Source: Moniliella sp. 'wahieum'
Lineage: Eukaryota
DNA: 64,000 bases
Direction of reading: 5' to 3'
Assembly: GCA_003971905.1 (NCBI GenBank)
Contig: RSEE01000100.1
Location: 62,001 to 126,000, forward strand
The notes beneath the pieces were generated by a model. The model made no database searches. It had not been told where the DNA came from and was given only the letters and a program-made list of their open reading frames with translations. Position numbers and translations under genes: made by a program. Below are positions 36,291 through 49,265 of the stretch, in pieces (within the stretch, counting starts at the first letter, position 1; each line of letters begins with the position of its first letter).

Positions 36291-39180
36291 GTTGCGGTCC
36301 GCGCTGCGGTTGGTTTGCTGTTCCGCTTGCCGTCTTGCTGTTTCGCCTGGTGTTTCGCCTGGTGTTGAGATCCCTTCCTTTCATCCCTTTCCTTTCGCTT
36401 TTCCGTCCTTCCCCATTGTCTAATCCATCTTGAGCATATGCCCACGTGACACGGGACACAGGACGAAGGTACCCCCCTACCCGTGCCATGCATAGCCGTT
36501 CTCCGTTCCCATAGTCCTGGTGCTTTGCTTTCCCTGTTCTCTACCTCCTTACCGGTTACCTCCCTCCCGCGCTCACTCGTTTCTGGTACGTCTTCTTTCG
36601 CACTGGTGCCGTGTGGCATGTGGAACGAGAGAGTGGAGGCCGTGAGTAGTGAGTACTGAGTACTGAGCGGCGCATTGAGTACCGAGAGTATAACTCAGTT
36701 TCAGTACCTGAGGACGAGGCGTACCTCGAATGCCTACAGTAGACTCTTCCGTATTATCAATTTCCTGGTTGGGGTCGCTGCTTGCTACATAGGTGCTCAG
36801 GACTCTCCGTGTTTACTCTGAGTTGACCAAGTTGAGTACCTTGGGTTCAGTAGAAGCGTTGAAGCTTGAAGTTTGAAGCTTGAAGAGCTTTTGAAGGAGC
36901 CGCTCCGGTCAAGCGAGGTTCTTCCCAAGGTATAAGGTAGCTGGTAACTGGGAACGGTGACCGGTACCGATGCTTGCGGGGATGATGTCGATGATGTCAT
37001 CCGAGGGGAGTAACTAGTAACTAGTAGGAAAGAGCAGGATGGGTGATTAGTGATTCTGCAGTTAGAGGGTGGTTAGTTACTATTATGGTTTTAGAGACTT
37101 GTGACAATGTGTGCTGTGACATGTGACGTGTGACAGAGTGGGTGCCCAAAGTCCCAGATGGCCACGCACGGGGGCGGCACAAGCCCAGCAGCCCAGCGGT
37201 TGTGCGTTTCGCGTGGGGGCGCGGTTGGAGGGGAGCTTGGAGTGGGTTTGAAATGCAATCGCATCGCACACGAAGCACCAAGAGGGCAGTGCAGCGACAA
37301 ACGACCAGCGCCATCCCGAACCAGTGTCATGGACACACACTAGTACCCACGACTATACTCGCACTCGGTACACTCGGTTGCTTCTATCCCATGCGCCATG
37401 TCCTTCCTCGATCGACGCGCTGCTCTCGGAGGCGCCACGCCATGCCCCCGGCGCCACGCTGCTCCGCTTGCCTAAACCGTAAACGGCTCAGCGCGCCCAG
37501 CGTCCAGCCGCCCCAGCACTGCCACCGTCCTTGGTCCAGCGCGCCTAGTCACTAGTCACTAGACACTAGTCACGGCTATAGTCGTTCAGCGCCCACCTCC
37601 GGTGCCCATCGCCCTTAGCAAAGCGCTCATCGATCATCATCGATCATCGATCATCGCTCATCCCAGACGAGCGGGAGAATTGTCAAGGCATAACCCCCAC
37701 GGCTTCCCCCCTCCAAAGTGGCCAACCCTAACCGGGGGCTTCCCCTCCCCTTGCCGAGTTGGCTTGGTTCAGCCTGAACGCTTACCTATATAGTGCCAGG
37801 CCGCCTAAAGTGGCCTTGCACCGCACTCGGCTGCACTGCCCGCTGCGCCCCCTCCAGCTCCGCTTCCACCCGGTCGATGCACCGCGTGTCCGCGAGCCCG
37901 AACGGGGCCCAAGGTAAGCTAGAGTAAGGAGTGATGGTGACACGTGAAAAAAAACAAGAAACTCTGGCGTCAGTACGTCTCTCCATACCTCTCCGTAACT
38001 CCGTAGTACTCATTGCAGTACCCTCAGTAGGGAGTACCCACTGTCTGTACGACATGGTATACTGTAGCGTAGAGCGGATCGACGGCGGTCAGGGCCCAGG
38101 CCTGGCTCCGCCAGTCGTGGAGACTTCTGTAGCATGCCGAGCACGGCTGAGCCTCAGCAGCGCTCAACCCCATGTCGGCCACGATGGGATCATGGAGATG
38201 ATCCGCTACAAATCACGACGACCCCCCAGCCGGATGGCAGCCGAGGCGGCCGCCATCTTGTTGGTGAGTACAATGTGGTGCGCGAGCAGGCAGCATGTAA
38301 GAGAATCATACAAACCCACCGATCCCAAGGCCTCCCTGCTCCGAGCACTGGCCTGCGGCCTTACTCGTTACTGCTGGGGACCGGAGACGCGTGACGCGTG
38401 ACGTACGGGCTGTGGCCAGGTGCCCCCCCACCCGTGCTGCGCTCATTCATTCTGCACCTGATCGATGGTTACGGTTAGGATGGCTGATCGTCATGCATCA
38501 CAGATCCACCTAGGAAACGGCGTTCGCCGATCGCTCGCTGGGCCTGCGCTGCCCCCGCGCGCCGCCGCCTGCGACCGCACTGCCGCCACGCGGCGCCCGC
38601 CCGCCGCCACTGGCCACTGCTCTGACGCCCGCCACGCGCCCGCCCGGCACACCGCCCCTGCGCCCGACGCGTGCGGCCGCTGTGCAACGTGCGCAGAACC
38701 TCCCAGCAGCCATGGCACTCAGCTCGAGCGGCCCACGGCGCCTGCGCCCCGCCCGCACCCCAGCACACTGCACCACACCCGCCGTTGCTCCGAACGCACA
38801 GCAACGCTCCCGCACTGCAGCACAGCAGCACACACACTGCATGCATCTGCATTGCATCACCCCCAGGAGGCCAAGAGCGCAGCCCCGAGCAGCACACGCA
38901 CAGCGCCAGTGTGCGCGTACGCTACATGCTGGCTGCTTGGCGCCCCGCCGCCTGCCTCCGCTCTCCGCCGCTCGCTTCTTGGACCGCTCCTCCCTCTCCC
39001 TCTCCCTCTCCCTCTCCCTCTCCTCTCCTTCCGCCCCCTCCCCGCCCTGCCGCCCCGCCTCGCCCGTTGCGCCCTTGCGCCGCGCCCCTCCCGCCCCCAC
39101 GCTCTCCTCGCCCCGCCGTCGCCCGTGTGGGGCACCGCGACGCTGTTGGAGTCCTGGCTGCGACGCTCGACGGTGCTCCG

Positions 39181-42100
39181 ATGAAGGCCTTCCGTCGCCT
39201 GCGCTCCGCCCGCGCCGAGCGCGACGCTGGACAGCCGCAAACCCAACCCCAAATCCAACCCCAATCCCAGCCCCAACCCCAACCGCCGGCCCCACGCCGC
39301 TCCCTCGGCCCTCGTCCACCTGCCCCGCTCCCCGCTCTTGCCCGCCTCGTCCCCGCGTGGTTCGGCCTCGCGCGGCCCCCCTCGGCCTACCCCTTCCGTC
39401 CACACGCACCAGCAGCCGCCATCGCCGTCGGCTGCCAGGCATCGCCAGCAGCCATCCACCTTCTCCCGCCTCTCCCGCTCCACCCCGACTTGCTGTCCGG
39501 CATGTCGCCCAGCGCCGCCGCTGTCGCCGCCACGCCGTCTCACTCGGACCTGCTCAGTACCGCCGCCACCCCTCGGTCGTCACCAGGCGCGCCCCCATCG
39601 CCACCACCACCCACCGCCTCCACCTCCGCTTCCACCTCCTCCACCCTCAGCCGCGCGCGTGGCGTCTTTTCCCGCGCTGCCGCTCGCATCAAGCAGCAGC
39701 CAGGCGTACCCCCTCCTCTTTCTGACAGCCGCGTGTCGCTCTCCATCGACGATCACAGCACCAGCTTCAGCCACGACGCCAGTACCAGCCTAAGCTACAA
39801 CACCATGGCCCCAATCTCAGTGGTGGCGACACTCAGGCTCCTACCTGCGCCTACCCACACTGTCACCCCCATTTCCTCCCAGGGTTATGGGACCCAGGTC
39901 AGTCCCTTGTCGACCCGACCACTCCTTCCACGGGCCTCGCCGCACCTGCCGTTGCCCAACCTGCCGCGCTCAGTCCAGGTCTCTCTCGCTCCGCCCCGCC
40001 TCCCTTGGCTGCACCGCGGTAGCTCGAGCAATGGCCACAGTTCCACTTCCCTCTCTCTCTCCGACCCATTTTCCCACTCTACCGCTTCGGTCTCTGCTCC
40101 TCCTTCGCCAGCAGCTGACGACCCAATCTCCATCTCCTCCTCCTCTTGGTCGAGTCACCACGGCCGCCGCTCCTGCCCTGGCCCTCCGACCCTGAGAGCA
40201 CCATCCTCCACCGAGCCGCCTAAAAATCCCGTTGGCGTAGATTCCGTACCAGTTCCTTCAACTTGCTCAAGAAAACGAACGATTGCCTCTTGCGTCCCTG
40301 TTGCACCTGAGGAACCCGAGGCACAACCCACCTGCCCAGCTCCTCAGTTTTCCACCACCTATTCCCAGTCCCCGTCGAGGGCGTCATGTCGACTTGCCTC
40401 GCCCGCTCCCATTGGCACGGCGCGCAGACACGCCTCCTCGCCTCGAACCACTCGCCCACCCAGTCCTTCCATTCCTGCTCGGCAGAACAACTGTCAATGG
40501 AGATGACCAGGCCCACACCACAGCAGGCACAGCCACCGTGCTTACCCCCGCTGTCTTTCGACATGGCTTCCGATCGTCTTATTACCTCTCCGTCGCAGCG
40601 CCTTTGGATGGCTTGGATCTTACCCCCGGCCAAATTGTCGACCGGAATGGCAAGGTGGTCGCAGCGGTGCGTAGAATTCTCCCCTCCCGCCCCCCGCGCA
40701 CGCGTACACGTACGCATCGTACCCTACTCTTGGTCGCGCATGAGTGTTGGGAGTTGTCACTAACAGGTTTTCTCTCTTTTTCATTCTTGCCGTTTAGCCT
40801 CCTGTTGCTCGGGAGAATTATTCATCTGTTCCGTCATTGCATCATGACGAACGCACGCCGCTTGGTTCTTCTGCGCTCTCATCGACCCAGTAAAAGAGTC
40901 GGTCGACGCAAATGTCCATTCGGAGAACGTTTCGAAGCCCCGCTCGCCTCGTTCCCCTCGCTCTTTTGCCTTCCCCATCCCCGATTTCCTATCGGGTGCC
41001 CTCAATTTTGAGCCCGACCTTGCAGTGGATACGCCGGTTGTCACCTCCACTCATCTGCCACCCATCGACCCACATCTCGGTCAAGACAAGCGGATCAAGT
41101 CTCGGTGGCGAACCGATCCAGGAAGGTTTGAAAGCAACCACCACCAAGGATGCCCTTCCATGGACAACCTGCCTGCACCGGACTCTATAGCGCCCCCTTC
41201 TCTTAGGTCGTCCTCTCCTCCCTCAACGAGACCCGCATCCGTCGTGGCGCCAGTCGCCGTTCTCCGGCCGCGTCGGCTCGTGCTGCCAAGCCAGGTTTGA
41301 CGTCACCCAATCCGAACCAAGTGGCTTACTTCTCGCTCCCAATCGGATGGCTCGCTCTCCGTCCCCCATCCAGGATTCCCTGTCGCCCACCGGGCGGCGA
41401 TCCTCGGGAGCAGCGCCTCCCCGTGCTAGTTCGCCCGGATTCAAGAAACCAACGCGCTCTTCCGGGTTCGCTTCGGCTGGAGCATTTAAGCGGCCAGGTC
41501 CCCAGGTCCAGTTGCTGGACTGGACCAGAACGAGGGGCCAGCCGGCGCCTCAGCTCAGTCAATCCAGGCCCCCTGATGTACGCAGGCTCCTCGACTCGGG
41601 GGCCAAACGGGCACTTATAAGACACTGTTCAAAGTAGCCTCGGGTGGCCGTGGCGCTTCGGGACGCAATGCTCGCCGAGAGGACCTGTGTGGCTACGAGC
41701 CGCGGTAGCATGGTCGCACTTGAATCCAGTGGTTATCAGGCACGCCAAACCACCCAACCTTGGCCCGCAGTGTCATGGCTGCCGTTGTCTCTCCAACGGT
41801 GGCCTGAGCAGCCACATGCGTGCTTTGATGATGACGGCCACCTCGCTGTAGACAAGGGTCTGGTTATCGAACTTCCGTTCCCACGCAGCATGAGCTTGAC
41901 CTCCAAGGCATCGGTACACGAAAGTGCGTATGCGGCCTCTCGAAACCTGCGCGCCGCTCTGGGTCGCTCCATCATCCTAGGCCGCCTTTTCACCACCAAC
42001 CCCATCACTGGCACTGGCATCCCGCTGCCGCGCCACCAGGCTCAGAGATTGCCTCGCTTCAGATCCGGTATGGCCGCGACCCTTCTCCCGCTGTCGTTCA

Positions 42101-44504
42101 CCTTGCTGCCAAATCGGCTCCGGGCGCTCGGCCAGAAGCGTTGGCTTCCCTGCTATGGTCGCGGTTGATTCCCAAGGGCCAGCAGGGCCGGCGCATGGCT
42201 TGGCTCGTTGGGTGGCCCGGCCTTCGTTTGCGGAACGGTGTCAAGTGTGGACCTCCTCTTCCGACGGAAGGGATGCCGCGCCGCATGCCATCATGACTGC
42301 ACCCACTCACTCGCACATGCACACCTACCCGTACCCGTACCCTCACCCACAACCGCTTTCGCTTTAGCCCGCGGATCAATCACTGGTTGCACCCTCGGCC
42401 CGACTGGCCACGAGGTGCACCCCCTCGGCGGGTCCGGCTCAGCCGGGGCGCCAACGTAGAAGTTCAACGTCATGCCCGGCCGTGCACTTTCCACCACGCC
42501 CACTCCGTCCGACTCGCCCTTCCGCCGTCGCCGATCAGCCAAGCTGCCCCCATCGAGCAACCGCATGTTTAGTGCCGACCGACGTGACAAGCGTGCCTCG
42601 TCCGCCTCTCTCCTTTCCAGTGTCGCAGGGGCAGTGGTCCTCATTCGCATCGTGATGCCGACTCGCCGAACCCTAGCCCTAGGGCCACCCCGGCCCCGGC
42701 CTCCATCGCCTTTCCACCCTCTCCATGGCCAGTGTGGGTCAAGTGCGTCTCTAGGCGCTCGACGCTCGGCTCCTTGGGTGGCACCACGCCACCACGTCCG
42801 CCTTCGATGGGGAAGAGAGGATCGCGGCAGACGGAGAAAGTAAACGCCTTTCGACTTATTCCATCGCAGGCTCTTCTACTTCCTTTGCCCCTCTTCCCTC
42901 GGCCGCGTCGTTGGGTCAGATGCCAACCCATCTCGGCCCACCACGAAGTCCCTCGCCACTCACGGGGAAGCAAAGCGATTCGGACCTGGGGTACGACCTA
43001 CCGTGCCCCGGTCTACCTCGGCGCCCAGGGACCAATGGACCAACGGCGCCAGTCGCTCAGATGAGCCAAAGTTCCTCCCAGGAAGTCATACGCAGTCCAT
43101 TGGTAGAACCGCGCGAGTCCGAGGACTAGAGGAAGAACGGCCCGCTCTCCCAACTTGGTCACGACGCACACAGCAGCCAAACTCCAATTCCCGCCCGATC
43201 TCCCTCGTCTCTTCCCAGGGCCGTGTCTCGCCCGGCCCGGTTCGCTCTCGCGCCCCAGCAGCCTCCCGGCCCCATCTTCCTTCCAGCGCACTGGTGGCAG
43301 TGTGTTGATGTCCGCACCGACGGTTCCAGCAACCTCCACGAACTGGCAGTGCCCTAGCTGGCCCGACGCTGCGCTCATTTCGCCTGCCCCGATCGACCTC
43401 TTAGTCTTAAAGATGTCCGATCAACTACTGGCCTGACCGGTGAGGCGAGGCAACGCAGTGCTTCTCAAACCCGCGAATCGGCCTTGCAAGAAGCCTCACA
43501 AGGCTATGCTCAAACAAAATCGCGATCGGCGACGGACCAGTCGAGGACCTCAAGCTTTGTTGGATCCAACTTAGGCGCAGGTCATGCTGGTGCCCGCGCA
43601 CCAGCTCAGACTTTGCTGGCTCCCATGCCCGATCAGGGTCCTACCGCTCCAGTTCGGCTTCGTTCGGCTTTCGGCTTCGACTTCGGCTCTGGGTTCTCGT
43701 CTGCCCTCTCTGACCGCGTCCCACTTCCGCCCGAGTCGTTCCCTCCTGGCACGGAATCGCGCACCTCGGGCTCGGGGTCCGGAACCAGTGGCGAGACCAG
43801 CCCGCCTCAGCCAGCAACGCCTTCGGATAATGGGGTACCTGTGCCGGTGGTGGGCCCGGACCCGGACCGGTCCGACCAGCGTCGCTGTAGGCTCCTATGC
43901 CGCTTCCAACGTACCTTCTTCCCGAACCAAACGACCTTCGTCCGCTTAAGTGGCATGGCCATCTCTCCGGTCGACGTTCGCCCGGCCCTAACCATGCTCC
44001 GTTGGTCGACTTGAGTCGCGATGCTGGTTTGGTCCGTGTCGCACCGCGTTCCGTGGTGGATGACGATGGTCGGGAAGGTAGGTCGGTGGGCGGACGAAGG
44101 CCGGAGAAACGGACCGAACGCGTAGGTCGGCAGTCGGACCAGTATGGCCTCAGCCCCGGGCGGTATGATGAGCCATTCTTCCTCCGTCGCACGGGATAGT
44201 TGGAACATGCCGCATGGGATACGGAATGGGTAGGGTATGGGGTATGGGTAGGCATGGGTATGGGATGGGCATGGGTATGGGGTCGATGCAACAGACCCAA
44301 ATCCATCAGCAGATGGCCCTGCAGCAACAGCAAATGCAGCAGATGCAGATGCAAATGCAAATGCAAATGCAGATGCAACAGCAGATGAACATGCACCACC
44401 CTTCCATGGGCATGGTACCCCTCCCACCATGTTGGGATGGGATGCCGCCCATGTACGGGCACGCTGCTTCGTCCCACCACTCGCGCACGCACGAACGGAG
44501 ATGA
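39181..44504 (+). CDS. Long Pro/Ser-rich uncharacterised protein with a Gln/Met/Gly-rich tail; fragmented, possibly more than one gene
   Basis: Consecutive plus-strand low-complexity ORFs from ATG 39181; CTAAC-AG acceptor at ~40766; terminal MGYGMG..QMQMQM segment ending TGA 44502-44504; no recognisable domain. Confidence 0.45.
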
Positions 44505-45859
44505 ACAGGGGAAAACTGAACGAGGAAAACGCGAACATTCACCTAAATGGCCTGTCTGTAAGGCCTGGCCCGGTTGGTTCGCCCTGATTCGCGTGTTGGC
44601 GTGGTCGGGATGCGGTGGTCTGGACTTTTTGGACTTTTCTTTGTACCAATAGCATCCCCCTTTGTTTTCTCTCCTCTCCTCTCCTTCTCCCCTCTTTCCA
44701 TTTTCCTACCTTTCCCTACGTTTCCCTACTTCCCCCTACTTCCCGTTTCCCTCGTCCCTCTTCCCCTTTCCCCTTTCCCCTTTCCCCTTTCCCTTCCCCG
44801 TTCTTCTCGTCCCTCTTCCTTCACTCGTCTTCATCCGCCTCCTCCTGCCTTTCCTTTTGTCTGATGTCACTTCCTGCATTGTTACACGTTTTGTTCGCTT
44901 AGCTTTTGATTGGTAACCCTCCTCGCCGGTGTGACCCTTGTCGCTACAGTTTTATCTTCCCCCACCAGCCTTGTGCCTCCGTGCAGTAACCTCACTCAGT
45001 GAACTGCAATTATGGCGGTCCAACAACACCACTCATTTTTGCCCCCCCCCCCCCCCCCTCCCCCTGTGCCCAGTACCCCCAACAGTGCCCACTCTTAGTT
45101 CCGAAATGTCACCCTTCCACCTGCTTAGGCGAGAGAGGGCTTTCCTCCCGGTACATGGCTACCTACGTCCTCTTCACACGTTTCCATCAGTGCACGCAGT
45201 AGACATCTTCCATCAATGACTTGAAGGTTGTCTGTTGGTAGATGCATCGCGTTCAAACGCGTTGACTTGTTGAGTGCTACCACATCGCTTTTGCCAGCTG
45301 TCACTTTTTGCCTCGCTCCCATGACCGGTGACCGGTAACCTGATGACTTTTCACCCCACACCTTTGAACGCTCCCCGCCATTCATTAACAGCCGTATACT
45401 GGTTGTTGGCACGATGGATGATGGATGATGGATGAAATGGGAACTGTCAACCTCAGACACTCAAGGACCTTTATTCCTGTTTGACTCTTCCCCTTCTCCC
45501 CGTTTCGCTGCGGCTTTCCTTTTTCCCCTTTAACGTGTGCCAACTTCCCTCTTCGTCCTCTCCCCGCACCTGGCTTGGTACCGTCTGTAACACCAGCGGT
45601 ACCAGCCTCATCAACAGCCCTGGGCTACGCGGAAACGTGGTCCCAACGTTCTCCCGTGGTGTATTATACACGTCTTCCAGCAGCGGTCAGGTCAGCTGCA
45701 TGGGAGATAATGGCCTCTCGACAATAACCTCACAGTCATAATGTGACTCTCAATGACACCCGTGCCCTTCCCGTGTCCTCCCTCAGTTCCGGTTACATTC
45801 CTTTGGCTTATTCGCCCCCTCTCCTTCCAGTGGAGCTACTTATCAGTGTCCTCGGTTCC

Positions 45860-45942
45860 CTCAGTTCCCTTGAGTTCCCTGAACTTTTGGAGTTCCCTGA
45901 AGAGTGTTTTGAGTTCCTTGAGTTCCCTGAGTTCCCTGAGGT
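45860..45942. repeat. Imperfect 9-bp repeat (GAGTTCCCT)n
   Basis: Several degenerate copies read directly. Confidence 0.75.
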
Positions 45943-46859
45943 TTCTGGGACCCGCCCTCCCACGAGCCGTCGCCTTCCCTGTGCCGCCTTACTCTGGCGG
46001 ATGTAGCGCGACGCATCAACCAGATGCATAATTTGATCTCCCTCTTCCAGTACCTGTGGAACCTGGGCTCCCGCAGGTTAGGGGTGGTGTCCGTCACATT
46101 GTGGTTCGCTACACTGCGCAACAGGCTCTTGGGATACATTCAAGTAGTACTCTCATGCGTTGTGGTTCTTATGGTGTTTTTTGGTTTTCTTTATCCCTCC
46201 CCTGTTTCCAAAAAAGTCATCGATGAGCCTCAGTTGCGTCTCAGATCTCGGAACTCTTCATCCCATGAAACGTCCCACACTCATAACCCCCCAAAGCCTC
46301 ACTCAATCTCAACGGGATTGCTCCCTGCGGTTCCAGTCCTACCTCCTTTGGGGTTCAGGAAGAAAACCAGAAGGAAACCATATGGTGTGCTAATGCTTTT
46401 GTCGGGGGGCGTGTGCATATTTACCGCGGGCACAGCGTTACAGCGTTAGTACCGGTTGCAGGTTACCGGTTCCCAAAGATGTGGTGACACTGGCATGTCT
46501 GCAGTGAGCGGTCGGTGAGACCTGAGAGAAATGATTCATGAGCAGACCTGTTGAGGAACTTGGTTCGACCAGGAGGCGGTCTCATGTGTTCGTGATCGGT
46601 GGCAATTCACATGAAGATATGTGTAAATACCGAGGGACCTCATATATATATATCCTCTTGTGTTGGTAGGTGTCCCAACCTTCAAATGCACAGCTCGTGG
46701 CATGCTGGATGTCTCGAGATCTTTTTATTCTTGAAGGTCTACTTGCCGGTTGCTGGCCTCTCGTTGGTCCATACGTCCAATACGAGAGCTGAACAAATCG
46801 TCGCCTCTTGTCCAAGTAAATTGGTGGACGCCGCATGGCCACCCAATTGTCAGTATTTT

Positions 46860-47533
46860 CTTTTGCGACGATAGTCGCCCCGTGCCTGTTTACTTGACCT
46901 TTCTACGTTGCCCGTGCGACAACCGTCCTCCCTGTTCTCCTGTTCCCCGTTCGTCCTCTATTGCGTTAAATTGTTCCCCTTTTCGTCCCTGTGTCTGTTA
47001 ACCATGGTTTTAGGCTTCCCGCCCATGGTCCATTAATGTCTCCCCCTACTCTCCTCGCCAATTGATCAACCCAGTACAGGAGCTCCTCTTAGTTGATCTT
47101 CAGCTCCCGTCTTCAGCTCTCCGTCTATATCAGATAACCCAGTTAGCGTGTGCCCTTTACCCAGGTTCCCCGCCGAAACCTAGCTGAGTTCAGCCGCGTG
47201 TGATCCGGCGTCCAGCGACACCTCCCCAGTCCCAGCCCAGCTCCAGCCCGGCAGTGTTGGTGCTCCGCTCCGCCACTCTCCGTCTCTGAGCGCGAAGAAG
47301 TCAGATACGCTACTGCCTCCTAAGCCGGTGCTACGTAACGTAGTCTTTCCACACTTGCAGCCGCCTCTGCACGCGCGGTGAGGCCTGTCCTTGTCCTTAT
47401 ATGGGCCGGCGCGGATCCACCACCAATCAGCCCAACTAAGCGCGTAACTACCGTGAGTCGACCTTGGGATGTCCAAAAGGTATTGTACCTCTTAAACCCA
47501 GCGGCCGAGCCCCCTGGTGATGCCTTCCCATAA
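46860..47533 (+). mobile_element. Degenerate solo-LTR relic related to the LTR at 52614-53715; 5' boundary uncertain
   Basis: Shared collinear blocks GCGAC.ATAGTCGCC, TCTCCTCGCCAATTGAT, AAGCCGGTGCTACG, CCACACTTGCAGCCGCCTCTGC, AAGCGCGTAACTA.CGTGAGTCG, ATTGTACC.CTTAAACCC. Confidence 0.75.
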
Positions 47534-49160
47534 TGGCCCACTTCAATCCGCAATCAGCACCCGCCCTGCCCTTAGTCCTAATCTGAGGTTCTCACTGTCC
47601 AGTAGATCCGGGCTTCTGCGCTCGCATTATTCTATCTTCTTCTCCATTCCTCACCGGCGAATCTTTGCTCATTTTCAGGTCTCTCGATTACCCCAGCACC
47701 TAGAAGTACATTCCGGTCGGTGGTATAAGAACGCAGTTGTGCAATAGACAGTGGTTTGAACCATTTATTGCATGGGAGAGGGGATGAGTATGTGAATGTT
47801 CATCTCATTTTGTACTCCGCTATGCTATCCATATAAGGCCTCCAGCAAATCTTTTCACACGTGCATGGCATGGATAAGACCAACGTGGCATTAAATGGTA
47901 ACGATCCTGGTTCCCCAGCGATGTCTCCTAAATGTAGTTTCTATCCAGTGGTGAAGAGAAAGCAGGAGCTGAGTTGAACCCAGACTGAGAGGCAGAGAAG
48001 AAGAAGAAGTGGCACAGGGCCAGAGGATAGGGATACTGGCATGGTGCTCGCGCATGCCTAAAAGGTCAGAGTGATCTCGGAGGTGGCTGGCCCTCAGACC
48101 CTTGGTCAACATCCTCCACTGACCTCTATTCGGTCACCATATCATTGACGGAGCTTAAGGTTGGGCCAAAAGGAACGCTGTGCCCAAACCGATCTGTCCA
48201 TCCGGTGCGCGTTGCTTGGTAGGGCCTACTTCGTTTAGGGAACCAGGGGAATTGCCAGAAGATCAGGTCCCTCTGGTGCCCACAATTGGTTGTCATATAC
48301 CCGGGGTAGCGACTGTGGATACGGATGAACGTGGTAGACAACCGTGCAGTGAACTATCTCCACTGAGACTCAGTTGTTAATTCCTTGCAGTTTCGAGAAG
48401 CATCTTGCCCATCGTCTTGGTAGCTTTTAGTATTCTCGCCGTGCCAAAACCGAAGGGAAATGGATATTGGTTACGTTGGTTAATCCCTTAATTAACGTTC
48501 TGGTCGCATTCTGTCTGTTCCACAAGCTGAAGCACCTTGTTCTCTCTCGGCATTCCAAGGGGATGGCGGTCTTCTCATTTTAACAATACGTATTATATCT
48601 CTCACCGGCGTGGAATGTAGAACGGTGGAACGGTGACCAAGGTGGGGACGCTGGAACAATAAGGATGGAGGTGGCTCAGTCTAACAAGCTGGGACGAAAC
48701 CCCCAGAAGACCGGGCCGTAGGGCGGGGGGTCTCCCCGTTATCATTATTGGGGATACAGACCCTATTTGTTCTTCCAGGTGCCAGAGTGCGATTCAGAAG
48801 GGAAGGGAGATAGCAGAGCAAAAAGGGGGGAGATGGAACGCGCACGGGGTGCGCAACCTGTGAACGGAGCTCTTCCCCCTGGGTAGGCGAGCGTCACCGA
48901 TCAACTGCGGTTATCCAAGGGGCCTTCGCACGCCCTGTAGCATAGGGGTATGGAATCTCAGAAAGAAACCTTTGGTAACCCTGCGGCCAGGGTTAGGAGT
49001 GATAGCTGTCATGCCTGGATTTCAGAATTATGTCACTTTCTCGCTTTCACAACGGATCACGAAATACATCATTTATGTTTAAGATATAGAATACCTGAGA
49101 GGAGTAATTTGTCGTGGGTGAGGCAATTGTGTCAGCGCGCTGCAAGTCAGTGACGTCGCT

Positions 49161-49265
49161 GATGTCACCACCCTGAACGTCAGATATGTCCTCGATGTCA
49201 TCCCCTTGAACGTCAAATACATCCTCGACGTCACCCCCTTGAATGTCAGAAACGTCATTGATGTG
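49161..49265. repeat. 33-bp tandem repeat x3 (acidic 11-aa unit on the minus strand)
   Basis: Units translate as NDVSDIQGGDV / EDVFDVQGDDI / EDISDVQGGDI. Confidence 0.8.

Noticed and set aside
33342..39793. Long overlapping or antisense ORFs in GC-rich regions (e.g. 33717-35042 minus, 38510-39442 minus)
   Set aside because: Shadow ORFs caused by high GC and codon bias of the real genes; no recognisable motifs
45742..46098. TGTGAC..GTCACA-bounded segment as an LTR
   Set aside because: No TSD and no convincing primer-binding site
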